The position numbers and the translations under genes were made by a program. DNA of 64,000 nucleotides from Octopus vulgaris (taxonomy: Eukaryota). Positions 12,061 to 25,322 of this stretch are shown piece by piece; positions within the stretch are counted from its first letter, which is position 1, and each line of letters begins with the position of its first letter. The stretch lies in the NCBI GenBank assembly GCA_951406725.2, contig OX597825.1, forward strand, positions 50,406,001 to 50,470,000, read 5' to 3'. The notes under the pieces were generated by a model that was not told where the DNA came from, made no database searches, and saw only the letters and a list, made by a program, of their open reading frames with translations.

Positions 12061-12884
12061 AAAATCACTGTGTGTATATATATGCTACAAAGAGAAGAAT
12101 GAAGTTATCCCTGTTATCCACACCTTACCAACTCATAAGGAATGTCACAACAAAACATTGGGATCTCTAATATTCTAAACAGTAGTGAATCAATCATTAA
12201 TGCCAGCCAAATATTTCCCAGAGAAAATGGGTCAGATTTCAAACAGCTCAGTTCTAAAACAAAATACATCAGGGACAAAAATATACATCTACAATGGCAA
12301 TAATCCTAGATCAATTACCTAGAACCATGGCTCCAAAGAAGAGAACTAAAAGACACAGAAACATAAATACATAAATATCATTTCCCTTCTTGCCAACAAT
12401 ACCAGAGAATATTAAATACAACCATCCATCATGACAGGATTCATACAGACCACATTGATGGATACGCCCATATTCACTACAAAACACCAGAAAAGAAGAC
12501 AAAACTGCATCATAACAAGTTGAACACAGAATATGAACTGTAAAGCTCCACAAATTAGAGGATTGTATATCTGAAACATTGCATTTGTAGATTACAACTA
12601 GCAGCTCCACTAACTATTTAACTCTTCCATCAGAACTTAGCCAGATATACCAATAACAACTGTAAATGTATGTACTTCCATACTTAGTACCTCCATGAAA
12701 TCATATCCTACATATCAGTTAAAACAGACTATAGTATAGATGAACAAATTCAGTGTGAAGATTGCAACAGAAGCAACTATGTTTGCCATATAGAAACAAG
12801 TATCTCAACCAGCTTAGGTTTAAATAAAAGATTTTCTCTCTCTCTCTGATATATATATATATATATTATATATATATAGATATT

Positions 12885-13843
12885 TGGTCATTTTGGGTCA
12901 AAAACTGTCTCATACCAGAAGCAGGGAGCGAAGGTACATTGTCGTGCTGAAACCACCATTTGTCACTGGTCAGGGCAGTTTTGTTTCACTGTGTCTAGCA
13001 AATGCTTTATAACTACCAAATAAAATGTCTCATTAACAGTTTGACCAAGGGAGACAAATATTGGGCGAGCAATTCCTGTTGCATCAATGAAATAAATTAG
13101 CAACGTCCTGATGTTAGATTTCACTTGATGCACTTTTTGGGGGTGTGGTGACATTCAATGTTTCCACTGACTTGATTGCTGCTTCATTTCCAAGTTGTAA
13201 CTGTAGCACCAGCTTTCATCACAAGTGATGATCTTTGAAAAGAAATTTGAATAAACTTCCAACTGTTCTTTCAGTTCATGACATATTCAATCATGACTGC
13301 TTTTGATCTACTGTGAGCAAACAAAGCACAAATTTTGCTACAACTGTTTACATTCGCAATTCCTTGCTCAAAATTCATTGGTAGGAGCTCCAGGATACAT
13401 CAGTCAAATCAACAAGTTTTTCAATTGTTTGGTGACGATCCTCCAACATCAGTTCATGAATTTTCGTGATGTTTTCATTCATTCATGAGGTCAACAGTCA
13501 CCCTGAATGAGGTTGGTCTTCAAGCGACAAGTGACCATTCCTAAAATGAGAAAACCACTTGTAAACTTGTATTTTGCACATGGCAGTGTTCTTGTAAACT
13601 GTTGAAGCATGAGAACTGTTTCGGTCACCATTTTTCCCAGCAGAAAACAGAATTTCATGGAAGCACACTGTCCCTTCATTTCAACAATCACAAAAATCGA
13701 CAAAGATGCACCACACAGTATGACCCCAGTTGGCAGGCTGATGCCTGAGGGTCGCATCAAGTGGTTTCTAGGGGTAGAAGCCTGAACTACAACAGGCTTG
13801 TTCCAAAGAGAGTGTTTCTGGTTACTTTTGGGTACCCTCCCAT
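12885..13843 (-). mobile_element. mariner transposon remnant (5' part)
   Basis: ORFs with QCASMKFCFLLGKMVTET (HTH) and VKSNIRTLLIYFIDATG...GQTVNETFY; TCATCACAAGTGAT (~13217) is the ITGDE-like motif on the minus strand; TIR-like end at ~13815-13843. Confidence 0.85.
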
Positions 13844-13878
13844 ACACACACACACACACACACACTGGTGCATACAAA

Positions 13879-14290
13879 CATTACGGTAAAAACTGCCTCC
13901 ATCGTCAGGGTGTAAAGGTCAATTAGATGCTCATGTTTCCACCCTGACAACTGAGGTAAGTTTTACAGTAATGCTTATATACATCCATAACTAGTTGCAT
14001 ATCTGACTTTTTGCACCCTCCATCTGCCAACATTACAGCTACTACATCTTTCAGAGCCTCCAGAAACAGCTGTCAGACCTGAAATATCATGCCCTCTCCT
14101 TAGTTTTCTGGATTTTTTGTATTCCATGTAAATTTGCTTTGTAAATATATAAATACCTCTATGTTTATACATGAACGGTCATCTGAATATTTTTTCAGTT
14201 TTTGTTTCTCTCTATATATATATCCCTGTATATATTTACAAGTGCATGTATATTTTATATATCAAGCCTAAGTATGTTTATTTGTACCAC
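13879..14290 (+). mobile_element. Penelope-like terminal fragment with a fold-back and a hammerhead-like motif
   Basis: Inverted arms 13879-13912 / 13940-13973; CTGACAA (13944)...GCCTCCA-GAAA-CAGCTG-TC (14056-14074); lies between (CA)n and (CT)n/(TA)n. Confidence 0.6.
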
Positions 14291-14292
14291 TA

Positions 14293-14350
<58 letters not shown>

Positions 14351-14353
<3 letters not shown>

Positions 14354-14652
14354 TCATCATCATCATCGTTTAGCGTCCGTTTTCCATGCTAGCATGGGTT
14401 GGACAGTTCTACTGGCGTCTGTGAAGCCAGAAGGCTTCATTAGGCCCAGTCAAATCTGGCAGTGTTTCTACAGCTGGATACCCTTCCTAACGCCAACCAC
14501 TCCGTGAGTGTAGTGGGTGCTTTTTACGTGCCACCCGCACAGGTGCCAGACAGAGCTGGCAAACGGCCATGAACGGATGGTGCTTTTTATGTGCCACCGG
14601 CACGAGGGCCAGGCGAGGCTGGCAACGGACACGAACAGATGGTGCTTTTTAC
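14351..14652 (-). mobile_element. (GAT)n-tailed RTE-related short retroelement
   Basis: Minus strand has GGTTGGCGTTAGGAAGGGTATCCAGCTGTAGAAAC...CCAACCCATGCTAGCATGGAAAACGGACGCTAAACGATGATGATG; close to 25018-25322. Confidence 0.8.
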
Positions 14653-15229
14653 GTATATTATATATATATACATACACATACATACATACACACACACACA
14701 CATAATCAAAGTCTGAAAGTGTATAGTATTATATATCCATGACAGCAGTCCTTACCAATTCATAGTGGTTATTAAGCCAGATGTTAGATAACAGCACAGT
14801 TAAGTAATAATGTATGGTAGTCTGAGCTGGTGGAAATCGAAAAAACATAAGATAATGGCTCTCCATAATTGGAAGTGGAGAAACATATCTGGTTTGAGGG
14901 TACTAGGAAAAATGACAAAAAGAACTAAGCAATGATTATATCAAGAGTCATGTTCTTTGGCCCTAAAGGTCTCTGAGATGCTATTAGTCTACATGAGCTT
15001 TCTGAAAATTAGTGTAGTGGTTAGGGAATGGTATTTTTGTGGTCTTGTAAGAGTATCGTATATATCTAGGGGCTTTTGAGGAATAATGGGATTGCTGGGC
15101 AGGTGTCCAAATGCATAAGTTCATTTTAGAGAACATATGTAAGTATGTTTGGTTAAACTCTTTGCAGGGTTCTCAGGATATGAGAGCTAAAGGTGAAAAA
15201 CTAAAGATAACAGTTATGATTGTGCTTAC

Positions 15230-15765
15230 ATGTATGATAAAATATGCCTTCTTTTATGAGTGCATGGGCTAAAAATCTTATTGCTGTAGTTTAGGTAGAT
15301 ATATGAGTTTTGAGATTTCTTTAATAGGGTTCTTTTCTCAGATTAGCATAATCTGGATTTGCTTCTGATACCAAAATAAGCTTTGCACTTCACTAAGATT
15401 TTTCACTTTATTCTGTACTCTGTGGCACATTGCTTTAACAACCATGTGCCTGTCCAAGACTAGAATTTCTTTTCACTGGGACATTGAAGGTGAATTTATG
15501 GTTATTGAACCTGGTTCTCAAAGGACCTTCTCTCACTCACATACATGTTTCCTCATGATTTCCTGCCCAATTGGGCCTTTTGGTGCTACTTCTACATCAT
15601 ATATGACTGTTTCCATGTTACAGTGGCAGTTACAGGGACATGTGGTGTTACTTCTACATAAGCATCCTGCCTCTGTCTCAGATGTGGGCCTATCTATTGA
15701 TGTTTTACACAAGGTGCACAACTAAAGAAACCCTTAAGGCCTGCCTGTTAAAAACTTTTACTGAA
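15230..15765 (-). pseudogene. Penelope-like element GIY-YIG endonuclease C-terminal remnant
   Basis: Minus strand: CLCRSNTTCPCNCHCNMETVIYDVEV...LRTRFNNHKFTFN...KILVKCKAY...RLC*SEK...LNYSNKIFSPCTHK, matching the PLE CxC..CPL..C..VVY / RYNNH / CxLCLxEK / LN.R.E...CRH pattern. Confidence 0.8.
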
Positions 15766-15781
15766 CCAATCCATATGAAGC

Positions 15782-15817
<36 letters not shown>

Positions 15818-16699
15818 CTTTACTTGTTTTAGTCATTTGACTGTGGCTATATACATATATATATATTGTGAAGAGTACTTGTAATTCCTATAATATAAAT
15901 GACAAATGTTCTTCTCAAGCTGGTGTACTCTATGATACAATACATCATATTTTACCAAGATGGCCTTCCCACCAATTTCTAATCAAATATATTTGGAGAT
16001 ACAATATAACAAATCTGTTTCTGTATACATTTTGTCACCATTGAATTTCTCCATGAAACCGTTCTCTGTTAGCCATATAAATCTCCACTTGTGTTAGAAA
16101 ATGACTATATTATGGATCACAACTATACAGAGAAGCATGAGAATATAATAAACCTGACTGCACTTTCAATGACAACAGTGACAATAGTATTTTAATAATT
16201 AACATGCCTTAATGACTGTAAGGTTATACTGAAGCAAGACGGAAAATGAAGGAATTATATTGCCTTGGTAGTTAAAGAATGTGATCATCATACAATTTGT
16301 AAATGATTCAACTAGAATGATGATACATAACTGTTTCTTAAGGACATTGACAAATTACATAGAAGGATAGTTCTAATTGTGTTTTTGAGAATAGCTTTTG
16401 CTAACCTTGTATTTTTGTCTCAAAAATGTAACCAAGCTTTAGTAATGTGAAAACAGAAAACTATGAGAATGTGTGTGTGTGTAGCAGGGGGTGACATTCT
16501 GTATATGTTATTTAACATGGATATAGTGTAGAAATCCACATGACGGCAGTATTTGTCTCAAAAAGGTATCTTGTCCAGATGTATATTGATTTGTTAATCA
16601 CTGTTTTTCTATATCAGTAAAGGCTAAATTTGTCTAAGCATGCAGCCACTAGTGAATGCTTGCTGCTGAGAATGTGCAAATACTTAGAAATTCAGATTT

Positions 16700-18250
16700 A
16701 GCACTTCCACCACCACTGCCAAATAATTTCTATGATGCAATAAAGACTTGTGGCCCCAGGAAATGATATACAGCACCAGCTGAGTCATCAGATGGAGCAT
16801 CTCGACTGAAAGACCATTTGTCAAAAGCAGAGTGCCAGAGAATGCTTCAACCAGTTTTTAAGCCAACATAAATCACTAGATCCAGCAGTTTTAGGAGACT
16901 TTGTGAAATGTCCATGCTCCAAGACCTTGACAAACCATCATCATCATCAACTTGTTAAAAAAATCTTGGATAGGGAAATATCACAGTTGGGATCTTGAGG
17001 GAGTGTGATTACTTCAGCATACTAACGATTCAATATATAATGCGTAAACAAGGAACCACAAGTATATACATCAATAACAGAAGGTTGCTGATAACATTAC
17101 CAAGTACAAAAACAAGGGAGATAAATATATTCCAAGAGTAAGAATATAGCATTCCAATCCATTGCTCAGGAGATCCTGGCCAAAGTTATCTTCAAAGATT
17201 AGTTCCAAAATTATCAGAAAATATTGCACCAGGATTACAGTGTGGTTTCTCCAGGGATTATGACACAATCAACATTATCAACATACAAATCAGCTTTAAG
17301 ACCAATACAAGGAGTAACATATGGACCTGCTAATTCCATTTCTGAATCTGTCAAAAGCTTTTAGCACAGTAAGCAGAGTAGAAATGTAAGGGGGTTCTCA
17401 CTAAATTTGAGCAGGCAACCAAATTTATGGATTGTCTTTACCAGTTCCACATGTGGCTGAGAGCTCAAGTTGTTGTTTCAGTTTAAAAATGTAAGTCCTT
17501 CAATCTAAAAAGGAGATTTAAGCAAAACTGCATGCTGTGAAATCTATTGTATAACTTCCTTGTCTGCATAACTTTGTTATGAATAGAATAGGAGGCAGTA
17601 GTCACTATTAACTGGAAGTGATCTTTCTATTGTTAAAAGTCAACAGGCCACTACCTAGCAAGATCTGGACAGACTAATCAACCAGAGAATGCTGATAACT
17701 GCATTCTTGTGGCTAAAAAATGTTGGAATCCCTAAGAAGCATCATTTCAGGAGCCATTACAGCTTATAAAAGAATATAGACTTGGCAGCTAACATTAAAA
17801 TATCTGAAGCCATCTTCCAATGGCACATTGCACCAGCTTCTTTTCTCCTCATTTTCTCAGAATAGCAGCAACTACTGGTCACACCCACCAAATTCTGATA
17901 ATGAAGTAGCCTCATTTCCGACAACTACACAAAGTAGCATCACAGAGAAAACCCTAGTTGAACAAGCACCAGCAGCAGTGAGTCAACCCTGTACAGGATT
18001 TGACTGAGATGTGTCTGATATATAAAGTACATTTTAACACACATCTCATTGGTAGAAACCACTATGGTCAGAGCACCAAAGATTCAGTTCAAAGACCAGT
18101 CTGAACAAGTGCAACATCTTATCTTCAAGAGTTGAAAGTCATTGGTATCCACCATTTACATTGGTAATGTTCTTGTTAGAAGGAGATTAAAGATAAGGTG
18201 AAGAAACCCACTCAGTACAACCAAAGGAAGCAACGAAGAACTGTATATGC
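16700..18250 (+). pseudogene. Highly degenerate RTE-like LINE reverse-transcriptase region
   Basis: APGND-like GCCCCAGGAAATGAT (~16752), LSKAF-like CTGTCAAAAGCTTTT (~17348) and downstream RTE-like remnants; many stops. Confidence 0.45.
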
Positions 18251-20057
18251 AGAGTTACAGCTGGTTGTTCCAGATGAAGATTTATATATCCTGTTTGTGA
18301 CCATCAAGAATTGGTTATAAAGTCATGAAAGGACCCACTAATGAAGATGATAGCAATCAAACAACATCAATTCATAATATAAGAAAACATCTATAAGCAG
18401 GGATATACAAGAAGACAAATAGTCATTGGCTGGGACATCTTTGATTTTAGTTCTGATCTATGAGGGGCAACCAAGGGGCTAAACAATATTGTCTACAAGG
18501 CATTCCACTATTTTTGTTCTAAGATAAATTTTAATTTACAATGAAAACAACTAAACCTATCTTTCTAGAATTATTTCCAGCTCAGAACCAATTCTCAAAT
18601 TTATAAATGACAGACAAGAAAAAATGAATACACCTACATATATATATATATGTAGGTATATTCCTTTTTTTTCCTTTTTAGCTTTATATTATGTCTAGCT
18701 ACCATCATTATATTATAAATATGTGTGTTGGGGGTGCATTTGTGTGTGTGTGTGTGTGTCTGTGTACATCTCTCTATTCAAATATACATGTGTGACACAA
18801 TGCAAAAAAAATCTTCTTCAACCAAGAAAAAACAATTTGAGGACTGTACAGGAGAAAAAACTTGATTTTTAAAAACAAGCATAATAATAATAACAACAAT
18901 ATGGTGACGATGACGTCGACTGAGGCAAACAATATAAATGGTAATAATATTAACAAAAACAATATTAAACACAATAGTAGTAATAAACTAATAAAAAATA
19001 AAATACCAAAGACAATAGCGAAAACAATAACAATGGGCACAATAACAAAGTTATGACAATATCAAAAACAATAACAACAATATTGCAATGAAATAGTGTG
19101 GAAGGCTGAATGTTCAAAACAGAATATACTGACTGTAATGTAGTGAAATGACATATATTAGAGTAGTGGCAATATCAGTGGTGTCAGAGAAATAAAAAAA
19201 TGAGAGGGTGGTGGTTGTAGTTTAAGTAGTAAGGAAAGTGATGGTTACGATAACATACAAGGTAGGAGCAGTATATTATCTATATAAAACGGTATATCAG
19301 TCTAATGGTATATTGGTGTATCAGTATAACAAGTATATCTGTTTAACATTATATCACCAAACTAGCTTGTATTTAATTATGTCCCTTAACATTACAAGTA
19401 AACTTTGAATTTCATCATTGTGTGAAGGAGATAAAATAAAGTACCAGTTAACTATTGGGATTAATTTAGTAGAGAGTGGGGGAGTAAGGAAAGGTGAGAG
19501 AGAAATATGAAAAGGTGAAGAGAAAGAGAGAGGGGAGAAAAATAGAGATTAAGATTTAAAGAAAGGGAGAAATTGAAAGTGACAAACAAAAAGAAACAGA
19601 AAGACAGACAGAATGGGAGAGAGAGTTAGAAAGAAAAGCAAACAGACAGAAAGCTGCAGAAAGAGAAAATATTCTCTCAATGGTAAATAATCTGTCAAAG
19701 TTGAGTGATTAATTGTATTAAATAAATACATTGTATAAACACTGGAAGAGTAAACAGTATTGAAATATACTATAGATAGGACAGTGCAGAGTATTAGACA
19801 CAAAACCACAGTACTGTAGGTAGAGTAATGTAGTTATATGTAATATAGTAGATGAAACAATGTACTATTCTCCTATGGGGTACCATTGTTAAATTCTTTC
19901 AAATGCTCAGAAATCTTTCCAGATCAGCAAAAGCTTCCATTATATAGGTGACCTAATTGGTGATGGAGGAATGCGCCTCACAACCATAGTAAGGGTGGAA
20001 AATGTTCAAAAGCTAATATCTCTGCTGGCTCCAAAAATTTTTTTGGGTTGTTTAAGT

Positions 20058-20367
20058 CAGTGGTTCTCAGTTGTTTGTTATCTATGGACCCTTTTGATTA
20101 TGATTTTATTCTGGTGGGCCTCCTTACTCATTCAAATGTTTAAAAGCTAGTTTTATAGATGCTTCTTTCAAAATTCCTATTTTGCTTTCCATACATACAA
20201 TTTTGTAAGCTGAACTATGTAAAATGTTAGAGAAAGAAACCTAGCTGTTTCTTTCAATAAATACATCCAAAGTAACATTTTGTCATGGACCATTAATATA
20301 CTATTGTGGATCCTTAATTTATTATTTTGCCTGCATGGACACCCAGGACTCTGGTTGAGAACCACTG
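20058..20367. mobile_element. hAT (Charlie-like) MITE
   Basis: TIRs CAGTGGTTCTCA / TGAGAACCACTG; flanks GTTTAAGT and GTCTAAGA resemble a decayed 8-bp TSD. Confidence 0.8.
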
Positions 20368-20689
20368 GTCTAAGAGAAGAACAAATTTTGTAATGCTTGT
20401 GTACAAAGTGTGATGTTGCATTGTAAAGAAATCTGGATGTGTGAATGCTGGAAAGAAAGCAAGAATGCTCTGCAAATGTTTATGAATGAATGACAGAGCC
20501 CAAATAAACTGAAGAAATTATTGCATTTAAGAGGAATCAGATGCAATTTGCAAGGGAGAAGACTGCTTTGGTATAGATATGTGATGCAAATAGGGGATGA
20601 AGTAGGAGCATCGGGGAAAATAAGAGAAGAATATCATGAAGGGTATAATGAAGAACCACAGGTGGCAAGCACTTTGCTGGAGAAAATCT

Positions 20690-21725
20690 GTCCAATCTAA
20701 ACAAGCCTGCATGACTCAAACACCTCCGCCCACAAACCACACGCATTAAAAGCAACATTCTCTCATTTTCCACAGGGTCCCCCTTCTAAGCCCCCTCCTA
20801 ATTCTCTCATACTTCACTCTCTCCCTCTCAAACCTTGAACAACCATCATGAACTATCCTCCTCCATCCACCATGGTCATGTGCCTCCCTCTCCCAATTAC
20901 CAGCTGCAATTCCTGCCTGTATTAGAGCATTTTTAAGGCAATCCTTAAACCTTAGTTTAAGCTTATGTGCTGGTCTCCTGCCATCTTCCAGCTCACCATA
21001 CAATAGCTGCTTGGGTAGTCGCTCATCACTCACCCTTACCAAATGTCCCCACCCCATCTCAAATGTCTTTGCAAAATCATTTGCCACTCCTCTCAAGCAC
21101 CTCCACATTACTAATGACCATTTTCTAATTTATCCCCCAAATTTTTCTCAGACAGTATTGATGAAATTATTCCAATTGCCTTACCTGCCTACGGTAAACA
21201 ACCGATGCCTCACTTCCCTATAGCAAAGATGAGAGGACGCATGTGTTACATACCTTAACTTTAATTTGTGAAGATATATTATGTTGTTTCCACAGACGTC
21301 TATCAAGCCAACCAAAAGCACTACTAGCCTTGTTGATTCTGTATGAAATTTCCTCATCAAGACCTGCAGTGCTCAAGGTACTTCCTAAATAAATAAATCT
21401 AGGTACAGCCTCCAACCTTTCACCATTCACAGTTATAAAAGGAGGGAGTGGGCTTGTACATTATAACAGATTTTTTTTATTGATTAATTGTTAGACCTAA
21501 TGCTGCACATGCTGCAGCAATTGCATTCACCATGTGCTGCATATCATTCTGAGAATGTACCAACAGGTCACAATCATCTGCAAACAGAAACTCAACAAAG
21601 TAAGACTGCAGAACTTTCATTTTGGCACAGAGTCTTTTGAGATTGAACATGTGTTTTCCTGTTGTCCTTATATAGACCCCTTCAAAGATTGCCCTGAAGG
21701 AGTCTGTATAAGATATAAGACAACA
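20690..21725 (-). pseudogene. RTE-clade LINE 3' portion (RT motif to C-terminus)
   Basis: FLFADDCDLL...GLTIN, LEAVPRFIYLGSTLS, WGHLVRVSDERLPKQLLYGEL...RFKDCLK and a C-terminal VCGRRCLSHAGL. Confidence 0.9.
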
Positions 21726-21732
21726 GGAAAAC

Positions 21733-21864
21733 ATATATATATATATATATATATGTACACACACATATATGCACATATATCATACACATATGTATATATA
21801 CACATATATTACACACATATATATATATATATATATATACTGACATATATATACACACACACAC

Positions 21865-21904
<40 letters not shown>

Positions 21905-21940
21905 ACACACATATATATATATACACACACACATATATAT
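21733..21940. repeat. (TA)n/(CA)n compound microsatellite
   Basis: Seen directly. Confidence 0.95.
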
Positions 21941-22315
21941 GTCTGTATGAAATAGAGGTTAAGAAACCATCTAAGGGATATTAAATATCCAATATACTAC
22001 TGGATGTATACCTACATATTTTTAAGCAAATGCTTACTATTGCATGGCAATATCACAATTGAATACTAGGTATGGGTGGGAATAAATTGGAAATTTAACC
22101 AGGATTTATAAGGCAAATAAGAAAATGGAGAGGATATAAAATCGACAAACATCAGCCAGTAAACATTCCATTACATCTATTTATTAAATGATAACAAACA
22201 GGTATTTAAGTGGTACACGTAAATGGATGAGATAAGCCAATAATTATGTAAACATATATATATATAAAGAGAGAGAGGTGAATGAATAATAATAGATGAG
22301 TGTACAGATACAAAT

Positions 22316-22378
22316 CCCTTACGTCCGTTTCTACCATGAGGCCGCAGAATCTTCCAAGTCATCCTCATCATGTCAGTG
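22316..22378 (-). ncRNA. Degenerate hammerhead-like motif
   Basis: Minus strand: CTGA-CATGATGAGG...CCTCATGGTA-GAAA-CGGACG-TA-AGGG; part of the CUGANGA box is missing. Confidence 0.35.
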
Positions 22379-23527
22379 ATATACAGGTATGAAAAAACAT
22401 AGGACAGAGATTGGATAATGGTTGAGCCTCAAGGCTTCTTCAGAGAGTACAAATGATAGGTAACTAATATGTGGGAAATTCAGTTAGAATGATAGAGTAA
22501 AATAAGGTAAGATAGAGTAAAATAGGTGAAAATAAAAAATAATGTAATGTAATAGACATGGTAAGGAAAAGTAAGAACTTCATTTTTAGGACGTTATTAT
22601 AATCTGTGGTATTACATCCTGTGGTAAGTAAATAAAGTCACTCTCAGGAGATATATCCATAGGCTGCGGTTTACATCGAGCTTCCATTATACTGAAGGAA
22701 ATAGTGAAGGTAGTAGGCAATATGGTGGGTTTAATGGTATGGTCCATGTTACAGGGGTCAGAAGTTAGAGGCTAAATGCTATTTAATAGATATAGCATTA
22801 TGAAAGGAGTTGGCAGAAATAAAATTGAACCTGTTAGGGGAAAATTAATACATAAGTACATTAATGAAAGAAAAACTGGGTAAAACATTAATGCGATGTT
22901 AATATTTGTTATTTAATGGCCAAAAACTAATCCCAATAACCCTATGCATAGTGGGATGAGGTCAAAGTCAATCCTAAAAATTAATTGGTCAGCTAACATT
23001 TAAAAACAATATCACTGTTCAGGTCTCTGTTAGGACTATCAATAAATTTCAAGACCAGTAAAACAAAATAAGAATAGAGATAGTTATAAGAATACATATA
23101 AATATAATAATATTTAAGGTATGAATATTCAAGGGGGTGGGCTATGGGAAGTACATACAGGTATGTGAGTAGCCTTTTCTTTAGTTATATCAGAGATACA
23201 CTTCCAATCAACAAGTAATTATCCGCACGAGAATCATGGATGGAGAAGTGATGAGTTGAAAAGTAAATAAAGATAAACAGACGCTAAAGGGTTCAATCAT
23301 GGGGGAGTAGTCTGACAGTATATTATTGTACTAAGATGCATAGCTAAGACATATACTAGAATAGCGGTTCTGAAGTGTTATTACGTTGTGGGTAGGTCTG
23401 AGTACTAATTTCAAGCTTACGAGTAAAGTCCGAAATACAAGGGTTAATGTGTACAAGTCTGAGTTACACCTGTTTGTTGTTTACACACCTGTCTTTGTCT
23501 TTTGGGGTTTTTTTTATAAATTCTCAC

Positions 23528-23573
<46 letters not shown>

Positions 23574-23922
23574 TACATACATATATAAATACACACACAC
23601 ACACACATATACATACATATAATGGAGTAAGTACATAAGTATATTTAGGCTTGTTGAGTATAGCTGAAGTGGGGGGGGGACTGCGTATAGCAAAACTAGT
23701 GTGTAAACCATTCATAGACACTAAAAGTAAGGTTGAGATTATTATCAATTCTGGATATAAGCAGAAAGTATTCATGTTACTTAGGGAACATAAATAACCA
23801 TAAGGTGTATTATAATCATAACTACATCAGGTTGATGAATTTTAAAGATTGTAACTTTGTAACCATCTTATTTCCCTTACACACAAATATATATATACAC
23901 ATATACATATATATTCATGTAC

Positions 23923-23957
<35 letters not shown>

Positions 23958-24091
23958 CATATTTATATATATAGACATATATACATATTTATATATATAT
24001 ATATACATATACATATATACATATACACATACATATACACATACGTATATATATGTGTGTGTATGTGTGTGTGCATGTAAAAAGGTTGATA

Positions 24092-24535
24092 GTTTTGTAC
24101 AGTAATGTAAAAATCATGCACATTCATGGTTGAATAGAATTAATTAAATTAAATTAATTTTAAATCACTGCACTCTTCAGTGCAAGAAGGATAACAAAAT
24201 ATTTTAGAAAGGACTTGAGACGGGAAAAATAAAAAACTAAGGTTCCTTACTGGACTCCAACATATTTTTCATTCTCATCAAGATAAATATGAATCTCCTA
24301 GATCCTATTCTCCTTCTTCCTTTCTCAAGTCCTTTGTAAAAATTTTCTTTATACTTCTTGCACTGAAGAGTACAGTGATATATAATCAATTTAATTTAAT
24401 CCAATTAATTTAATTAATTCTATTCAACCATGAATTTCCATGATTTTCATATCACTGTATGAAACAAACGTCTGCATGAATTAAAATTCTCTTATATAAT
24501 TTAACACTTCCTCTTCTCCATTTTTGTCAACATTA
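24092..24535 (+). mobile_element. Fold-back Penelope-like terminal element between TA/CA microsatellites
   Basis: Inverted arms of ~130-140 bp (24092-24220 / 24323-24465); contains a hammerhead; a pyrimidine-rich tail runs into (TA)n. Confidence 0.75.
24355..24480 (+). ncRNA. Type I hammerhead ribozyme with minimal stem III and a long stem II loop
   Basis: TTCTTGCA-CTGAAGA-GTACAGTGAT-(71 nt)-ATCACTGTAT-GAAA-C-AAAC-G-TC-TGCATGAA: stem I 7/8 bp, stem II 10 bp (one G-U), GUC triplet. Confidence 0.75.
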
Positions 24536-25018
24536 TATATACATAAATGTATATATACATATATATAGATATATATAGATATATACATATATATACATAT
24601 ATGTATATGTATACATACATACATATAGATATATATATACATATAAATACATATATGTATATATATGTATATATACATATATGTGTATATATACATATAT
24701 GTATATATATACATATATTTATATATATATGTATATATATATATATACATACATATATAAATATATGTATATATACATATATATATATACATATATATAA
24801 ATATATGTATATATACATATATATAAATATATGTATATATATACATATATGTATATATACACATATATGTATATATACACATATATGTATATATACACAT
24901 ATATGTATATATACATATATATACATATATGTACATATATGTATATATACATATATACATACACATATATGTATATATACATATATACATACACATATAA
25001 ATATATATACATATATAT
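24535..25018. repeat. Long TA-rich compound microsatellite/minisatellite
   Basis: ~480 bp of TATA/CATA/TGTA with 18-bp subunits. Confidence 0.95.
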
Positions 25019-25322
25019 CATCATCATCATCATCGTTTAACATCCGCTTTCCATGCTAGCATGGGTTGGACGGTTCAACTGGGGTCTGGGCAGCCAGGAG
25101 GCTGCACCAGGCCCAGTCTGGTCTGGCAGTGTTTCTACAGCTGGATGCCCTTACAAACGCCAACCACTCCGTGAGTGTAGTGGGTGCTTTGCGTGCCACC
25201 AGCACAGGTGCCAGATGAGGCAGGCAAACGGCCATGATCGGATGGTGCTTTATACGTGCCACCGGCACGGGGACCAGACGAAGCTGGCAACGGCCACGGT
25301 CGGATGGTGCTTTTTACGTGCC
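25018..25322 (-). mobile_element. (GAT)n-tailed RTE-related short retroelement
   Basis: Same family as 14351-14652; further copies or fragments at ~27745-28020(+), 41200-41410(+), 44150-44340(-), 50165-50350(-). Confidence 0.8.

Noticed and set aside
23765-23832. Possible minus-strand hammerhead relic
   Set aside because: Both boxes are mutated (CTGATGT, GAAT); too degenerate to support.
24481-25059. Long Y/I/C/M/H-rich ORFs (also at 21.5-21.9, 23.7-24.1, 40.1-40.5, 42.3-42.7 and 51.3-51.8 kb)
   Set aside because: Stop-free translations of TA/CA microsatellites.
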